Assembly (NCBI GenBank): GCA_965644315.1
Contig: CBFFRQ010000059.1
Location: 1-8,707, forward strand
Length of the DNA: 8,707 nt
DNA from: Caecitellus pseudoparvulus
Taxonomy: Eukaryota; Protista; Bigyra: Bicosoecida
Direction: 5' to 3'
Numbering within the stretch: the first letter of the stretch is position 1; the number at the start of each line of letters is the position of its first letter. This document shows, piece after piece, positions 1 through 7,300 of this stretch. The translations under genes were made by a program, and so were the position numbers. The notes beneath the pieces are model-generated. The model worked only from the letters and a program-made list of their open reading frames with translations. It had not been told where the DNA came from and did not search any database.

Positions 1-441
1 GTCGCGCACTTGAGCGGCAAGAGCACGATCTCCCGCATCTGGTGTAGGAAGTCCTCCATAACGGTTTATTCCAATGACTTCCAGTCTTTCACCATACGCT
101 GCGAATTCTTCAGGTGTGCGATAAACTTGAGGCTCTGTTTCAGCCTCAGACCATCGGGGTGACCCAGATGCAGCTGCGCCAGAAGCCTGAGTGTGAGTGC
201 TTCCTGAGTGAGTCCCAAAGGCACCAGGGAAAGGCGATTCATCCGAGAGAGTGCTTTGTCGCTGTTTGGGAGCAGGCTCAGAATCAGCTGGGCCTGTGGA
301 CGCGGGAGCTGGTGTGATCGCGCAACTGGTGGTGTTTGATATGCGAAGAAAAGCTGGGGCTTGTTGTCGATCTTCTCGACAATCTGGACTTTGCAGGCTC
401 AAAGCAATGGCTTGGACCAAGTCATCATCAAGTTCGTCCAT
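1..441 (-). CDS. 3'-partial hypothetical protein with N-terminal ubiquitin-interacting motif (>=147 aa)
   Basis: Hand translation: ATG at 441-439, no stop to base 1: MDELDDDLVQAIALSLQSPDCREDRQQAPAFLRISNTTSCAITPAPASTGPADSEPAPKQRQSTLSDESPFPGAFGTHSGSTHTQASGAAASGSPRWSEAETEPQVYRTPEEFAAYGERLEVIGINRYGGLPTPDAGDRALAAQVRD. The nearest upstream in-frame stop is TAA 633-631 and 441 is the first in-frame ATG after it. It is probably absent from the ORF track because its stop lies outside the window. Confidence 0.72.
   Translation of the reverse strand, partial: MDELDDDLVQAIALSLQSPDCREDRQQAPAFLRISNTTSCAITPAPASTGPADSEPAPKQRQSTLSDESPFPGAFGTHSGSTHTQASGAAASGSPRWSEAETEPQVYRTPEEFAAYGERLEVIGINRYGGLPTPDAGDRALAAQVRD
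388..441 (-). other. Ubiquitin-interacting motif (UIM)
   Basis: DELDDDLVQAIALSLQS matches the UIM consensus e-e-e-L-x-x-A-(I/L)-x-L-S-L-x-e. Only the final acidic position is missing. Confidence 0.75.
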
Positions 442-1325
442 TATGAAGGTTGAATCCTTGAGGCCTTCAGTGTGGTGGTGGATTCCAGACTTCGAGTCAA
501 AGAGAGCCCATGAGAGAGACGTGGCCGACCAACAACGCGACAATGTGGTTGAGAAGTCATTGACCAGCGGAAGAGTTACGTTGGAACCATGTCTGACTGC
601 AGGTTGATCTTGCTTTGATTGAAGGTGTAGTTATTGTTCTGGCTAAGGATAAACATCATCTGCAGCGCAGGGAGGAGCGTGCGTTTCCGCGGCGTTTCGT
701 CAAACCAAAGGCACACTTTGGATCTTGGCAAGGAGTGGGTGTTTCGGACGGCTTCGCCCTGAGAGGAAACAGATCTACCTCTGCATGCGTAAGGAACTGC
801 TATGCATCTATGGAGTTCCGTCAATGACATTCTCAAGGAGCAAGTGAGACCTTCACACGCGGTACCGTAAACGTTGAAGAAGAAACGGAAGAGCAGAACA
901 ACTCCGAAAGACAAGTATCCAGTGATCTGGACACAAACCGTACATGCACTGAAGAGCCTGGCACGGCCAGCTGCACACGCTCAGTTTTCACCGCATCTGG
1001 ACCGCGGCGGCATGTGTGCTGCGCTGCACGTGCACCCGAGTCACTTCCCTGCCGCACCCACGCAACCAATCGAGTTCCGCACATGACCCGACCCGACCAC
1101 CACACAACACCCACTCAACAGCATGCCCCACCAGCACCTTGCAGCCTGCATTGTCAGTGCAGCACTCCTGGCCACCCTCACCTCGGGTGCATGCTGTGCA
1201 GGCTTCGAGGTTTACTACACACCCTCAGATGTGTGCCGCCTCGCCAAATCCCTCAGCTCACACACCATCTCACCTCTACACCTCAAGTGGACACGTGTCT
1301 GCCCACAGCACTGAAGCCCAGGGCC
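442..1325. other. Intergenic region: probable TG-rich 3' UTR/trailer of the giant gene (~960-1325) and upstream region of the UIM gene (~442-950)
   Basis: No ORF with recognisable motifs. The plus strand is CA/CAC-rich at ~1050-1310 (cacacaacacccac, gacccgacccgacc), and GC is lower below ~950 (601-660 is 22/60 GC). Confidence 0.5.
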
Positions 1326-4300
1326 CTACCCCGTGTCCTGCACCATGCTGCGAGGCAGGACGGGCGAGTCCTCCACAAACGCCGGGAAGACGTCCTCGTC
1401 GCCACGCACCACCGTCACCGTGAAGCCTGGTGCTACGCTGGGCCACGATGCCGTCAGGGGCATGTTGGACTGCTCCCTGAAATGCTCTGGCTGAGCGGCA
1501 TAGGCCCCGATCACCCCCGCAGCTTCCCGTGACAAGTACACCTGCAGGACGCCTGGCTCCGTGACGACGAAAGGCGCCTCGGCGTTTGCGACGCGCCGCA
1601 CGCGGGACTCGTCGCAGTCGTCAGAGACGAAGATGACCACAAGGCGAGACAGACCCCATCCGCCCAGTCGCTGCGCGTCCTCGCGAGCCTTGCTGGTGTC
1701 CTTGGCCTGGTGCGCGGCGGGGTGGGCGCACTCCAGGATGAACGGCATGCCTTGCCGCAGACGCCCCAGCATGGCCACCGACAGCAGCGACGCAACGCTG
1801 GCTGTCGTGAGCACTTCGACGCCGGGCATGGCGCTGCCAGGCACGGCCACAAATGCCAGCGAGTCCGCCAGCGTCATGCCAACCACTCGCGGGCGCCAGA
1901 CAAGGCAGCCCGTCTGGATGCCGAGCGATGAGCCTTCCGTCGCGATGCGATCTCGCACGGTTGCCTGCACGGTGGGGTCGATGCTCGCCAGGTCGCAGGT
2001 GCGGCGCGGGTCTGTGATGAGGTAGGGTCCCGGGAGGAACGCCCCGCTGCGTGTCCTGCACTGCGCCCAGGGGTCGGACGCTCCACCGACAGTGGCAGTC
2101 GGGCGCAGGGCTCCATGTGTCATACCATTCACGGGTTTCCCTGTCGAATCACGGAACACTGCATGGCGCAGCAGGTGCAGCGCCCCACCAGTGCTCCACG
2201 ACCGGGCGATCTCGTACTCACGGTCTGCCACGCCCACCACTTGGTGGAACGACACCTCCCCCGTCTCACACGTGATAGTGGGCAGGTCGGGGTCAGGGCA
2301 GGTGGCGATGTGGGGCAGGTTGGCTGCGAGCAACTCGCCGTTGCGCACACTGGCTGACAGGTTGCTCGGCGCAAGGGAGCCCCCCTCTGCTTCCTTCTGC
2401 GACAGGGCTGCTCCCTGGAATCCTGTGTTCATGCCGCTCTGCACGAAATCTGAAGCTCCGATCACCGTCTTGCTGTGATGTGTGTACCGCGCGAGAGAAT
2501 TCAGCACGGTGGCAGGCCAGGAGGGTGGAAGCTCTGTGTCCCAGCTTTCCCGCGCAACGCGCATCGTGAACTCCATGCCGAAGCCCGACTTGCCCTGCAT
2601 GCGAGGAGGGTGCATCGGGTGCACAGCTGTGTCTGACAGCAAGTTGCACAGTCCCTGGGACACGTAGTGCCAGTGTGGAGGGATGCCTTGGGCGGGGTCG
2701 CCAGGGTGCCGGTACACCGTCACGTAGTCCAGCGGATCTGGCCCCCCCATTGACCACTTCGTCAGCGCTGTGTACTCCGTCGGGTTCGTTTGTTCCGGGT
2801 ACAGCCTCTCCATCACGTGTGAAATGGCTGCTCGCCCATTCAGATGCTGCAGCTGCACTTGTGCGGGGGGGGGGTTCCAAGCAGGCACACTTGGTGCTTG
2901 ACCCACCTCCCCACCCGTGGCATCATCGTCATGTGGTGCTTCGCGAGTGGCGGGAAGGGCAGTCGGCGCCTCATGGTCGTCATCGGCGCGCATGCAGCTC
3001 AACTGGCTCAGCGGCCACTCCCCTGCATCGGCAAGGTCAAGCAGACTCTGAGGAGGCATCTCCCCGTGCTCCACCACTGCCTGCGCAGCCCAAGCCGCAA
3101 GGCGCTTCGTCTCAGCCCTGCTGTGAGCTACATCAGCCTGCATGCGGCCCTCCAAGTCTTGCAACAGCCACTCTGCTGCCGATGCCACGTCCAGCTCCAG
3201 CTCCCCGGCCACGCCGCCTTGCAGCCCAGACACCATGCTGGGGTGTGCCTGGTCGTCCATTACAGCCTGGCTCAGCGCAAAGAAGTCGGAAGTGGGCGCC
3301 GCCAGCTGCAGCGAGCTGGTCGCCAGGACGCCAGCCACGCATTCTTCCCGAGCGAAGCCAAGCTGCAGCAACTCCTGCACAGCTGGCTCCAGTGCCCTGT
3401 TCACGCGGGCCATGTTCCGCGCAGCTTGCACTGACGCCATCTGTGCCAGTGCAGTCTTGCCGGCACCTGGCGTCCCAGACGTCTCCGGCACATCGCGTCC
3501 CAAGGGAAGCGTCTGCGCCAAGGCCGACCCAGCCACCTCGCCCAGCATCTCCGCAGCTGTCAACCAGCCACCCATGACTGCCACCCGAGCTGTGGCCAGC
3601 ACAAGCAGCGGGTGCTCCAGCAACCACGCCTTGGAGGCTTCGTCGTCGTCATTGGCGGACTGTGCCTGCAGCAGCTCCAGCTCGCGCAGGCCGCCCAGAC
3701 CCTGCCTCACGCCCACCATCGTTGCAGCATCATCCGTGGATACTCGCTGGGCATGCGTGTCGGGAGGACACTCTGGGCACCACGCCATGACTGCACCCAT
3801 GGCCGCACCCTGCACTTCCTGCACTCGCGCAGCCAAGTCTTCAGGCAGCGGTGGCAGCTTCCCCAGCACGCCTCGACACACCACCTGCAGCGCCCACACC
3901 CACAGTGCGGCGATGACATCCGGCACAGCCTGGGCCCGACTCCAGCCACAGGTCGAGTGCAGCCACCCGCCAGCGTAGGGAAGAAGGGTCACCTTGGCGT
4001 TCCGGGGGCCTGCTGGAATGTCACAGGGTCCGGCTTGGTGGGCTGCCTCCGCCACGTGGCACAGCAGCAAGCTCGCACTGCGCAGGAGCAGGGGCACGGC
4101 CGAGGCACACCTCACAACGGACACAGACACAGGCTGGACAGCCAGCACAGATGTCACTGCTCTGGCCAGCGCCGAGCTGCTGCCGACGCTCACCAGGTGC
4201 TCGTCGCACAGCTGCGGGCCATACGCATCGTGCAGCGCGAGCAGCTCTTCATACGCAGCCACTTGCGGCAGACCAGCACACGATGCCAAGCTGACTGCGC

Positions 4301-7300
4301 AGGTGGCCACTGCTACATCCCACTGCTGTCGTCGGCAGGCATCCGCTGTCAGATGCAGCACTGCTCCCTGCACTGAGCCAGTGCCTGGCCAGGCCGCCGA
4401 AGTCCGCCCGCTGCAGGAGACGGGGGCAAGGCGCAGTGCACGCCAGGTGTTCAATAGTGCACTGTGATGCAAGCCAGTTTGCTGCAGGAAGTACGCTGCG
4501 TTGGTGTGGCACGTCAGCGCCAGGGGGTGCCTGGCAGCCAGCACAGCCTTGATGGACTTCAGGCTGTTGATGCTGTGGTTTGAAGCTGTGCGCAAAACGC
4601 CAGCACCGTGAGCCATCCCTTCTGGACCCACCTGGGGAGTCACTTGCCCAGCCATGCCACAACCAGTCTGGGCAAAGATGCTGCCGCGACGTGGAAGGAT
4701 GGCATGAAGGGGGATGAGGGCAGGGGAGGAGCAGTACAGCGCTGCTTGGTGGCAAGCGCGGGGGTCCACACACGGCAGCCCGCACACCATCAAAAGATTC
4801 ACACCAAACAAAACGTCCCGTCTTTGCTGTCCGGTGCCACTCCCGGCGTTGCTGCCTCCCAGCTCCCCTGTCAGAGCGACCTCGACCGGGTACAGCGCAT
4901 GCCCTGCTGGCAGCCAGTGCTCCATGGAGCTAGCCACCATGGAGCTCGCCGACTCATGGCTGACGTAAACAGACAGCGATGACAGACCGGTCACGCCTTT
5001 GTTGTGGGAAGCCCGTACGCCGGCCAAGCATGACCGGGCTTCAAATGTCATGCCGTGACCCTGCATCGTCCGCCCCAAGCTGCTCTGCAGCAACGCCCCC
5101 AGCGCAAGCATGCCTACATCACGAGTCGTCCGATCCCCTGACTCTGCCGGGCCTTCCTGCATCGCCTGCTTCCCCTGGCGATGCATCACGCTGTGCCCGT
5201 CCGACGCCACCTGCCACCGCTCGTCCACGTCCCCTGCCACACGCAGACTGGCCGCGCTGGAGCTGACCAAGAAGTCCGTTTCACCAGAGTGCCCCCACAG
5301 TGCCTGCGTCATTTCACCGTGCAGAGACGTGAAGTACCACCACGCAGGCATGCTGCCGACAGCTGACCTGACTTGCAACTCGGTGGCAATGCTGCTGCCA
5401 GAGCCCGCGCAGGCGTCCATCCATCCACGAACCAGCTGTGCCATCGACTGGCGCCTCTCGAGAGTCGCAGCGCTCGCAGCATTGGTCCGTTGAAGCAAAT
5501 CGTTGCACGCGTTCGACAGTTGGCTGGCAAGGGGAAGCTGCTGCAGCTGCACCGCCGCCAAGGCAGCATGCCAGCCTGCCCAGAACGCAGTACGGCACAG
5601 CAGCGCCTCCAGCCCCATCAACTTGCGCAACAGCAACCACAACGTCATGGCTGCCCTGCCTGTCACAATCACTCCTTCCTGACTCACAAGTGCTGTTGCG
5701 CGCTTCACTGCTGCACTGCACTTTGACCACACGAGCGGCATGACCAGCTCCTTTAACTCACTGGCCACCACCATGCTCGTGCGCACAGCCTCCATGCCAA
5801 CGCGCAACGCATGGAGTGGTGCGCCTTGCTGCTGGCATGGTGCAGCCATTGACAGCAGCGCAGCGGCAGCCTGGCTCACCAGCTCCACAGCCCACGCACA
5901 CTCGTGCAAGCGCTGCCCATCTTCGACAGACAGTGCAAAGCCCCGCTCCTCCACACACCCTTCCAGCACACGGCACATGCTTCTCACGCCCCGCGTCAGG
6001 ACGGATGTGTCGATGCTGCCGCTTGCCCGAGGTGTCAGCGTCAGCGTTCCAGGTTCACCACCGGCACAGGCTTGTGCGATGGCCTGCCCCCACGCCTGCA
6101 GTGCACATGGCAACAGGTGCTTCAGGGCGAACACCTGGTCTTTAGGAGACTGCAGCATGGTCAGCAACACCAGCCTGGAGTGGGCCACAGCAAGCCCAGG
6201 TGTCGCCCGCACACACAGACGGCGCTTCAACATCACATCTGCAACAGCTGCACCCAGTGCCTGAGATAGCACGGCTCGCGAGCCCAGCACCACCTGCTGC
6301 TCAAGCTGCTTGGCAGCTCGCGCAGCTGCCACATGCCCCACCAGCGCTGCCCGCTGCTGAGCCTGGGCAGCGTGCCGCCGTGGCAGCAGGCGCAACAACT
6401 CGAACGTCTCCACGCCGTCCACACAGAAAAACCGCATGCTGGCTCCACACAGCCGCTGAGCAATGCCGAATGCATGTCGTCGGTATGTCTCAGGTAGGCC
6501 TGCCCAGAGGCCGGCCCCCGTCAGTGCCCACTCCTCCGGCGGCACAAGACCAGGGTACTTCCCAAGCAAGGACGCCAGCAGCCGGGTCTGCTCCTGCACA
6601 TCACTGCTGTTGCCGCTGCCCCCCACGCCAGAGTACTGCAGTCGAGACGTGAATAACGCCTCGGCGCTGTCATGGGCCAACTGTGCAGCGGACTGCAGCA
6701 CGCGCTCAGATGACTCGCTGGAACCTGACCGATCTCTCACACGCGCCGTCACGCCCCGCAACGCCGCACGCAGCTCAGCGTAGAAACAACGCGCAATGCC
6801 GTACGCGAGCATACTGTCCTGCATGGCCCGCAGTGCCGCCACAGCGGACTCTGGCAGGCACCTCACAGCCGCGGCATGCACCTGGAGAAGCACTCGAATG
6901 ACATGGGCCAGGCGGCCAAGATGCCGCGTGTTGCAGCCAGCCGAGTGCAAGTGCAGCTTCCAGTCCAGCTCTCGCACGTACACGTGGTCAACACTGGACA
7001 GGGCGTGTGCTAGCGCGTCATCTTGCAGGGACCCTCGCGGGACAGCAGGCACCAACAACGGCAAGTGTGGGGAGGCAGCGATGCTCACGGGCGGTGCTCC
7101 TCGCGCAAGTGGCACAGCTTTCAGTGCCCCCAGTCCTTGTGCCTGCAGTGCCGCTACAGTGGCACGGGTATCATACCCCTGGGCAGCGTACTCCCCCAGC
7201 ACCTCGGTGGCGTGCTCCAGTGACGGCTGGGGAGCAGCGACTTTATCACCAGGCTCAGCGTCAAGGTCGGCAGCACCCCCTTGGTGTGCCCCAAACTCCT

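Noticed and set aside
364-382. 7-bp inverted repeat ttgtcga-N5-tcgacaa (similar tgaggct-N7-agcctca at 128-148)
   Set aside because: Short, inside a coding frame, no U-tract, and expected by chance.
66-398. Leu-rich alternative minus-strand frame overlapping the UIM gene (QLILSLLPNSDKALSRMNRLSL...KDWKSLE*)
   Set aside because: Expected by-product of T-ending Ala/Pro/Ser codons in the main frame; its first ATG gives under 60 aa.
251-607. Plus-strand 118-aa ORF (and 114-317)
   Set aside because: Antisense shadows of the UIM-bearing minus-strand frame; the SSSSSS run is the complement of the acidic DELDDD codons.
576-1532. Short intergenic ORFs (576-914 -, 615-827 +, 833-1114 -, 874-1086 +, 1014-1532 +, 1016-1423 +, 1123-1314 +)
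   Set aside because: No homology I recognise, mutually overlapping, and His/Thr/Pro bias explained by CA-rich DNA. A uORF role for the end of 576-914 cannot be excluded.
3453-3476. Walker A-like GTPGAGKT in the giant ORF
   Set aside because: It has no preceding hydrophobic beta-strand (RDVPETS), no Walker B, and the UBA-like motif begins about 20 aa later, leaving no room for a P-loop NTPase fold. Probably chance in a Gly/Ala-rich protein.
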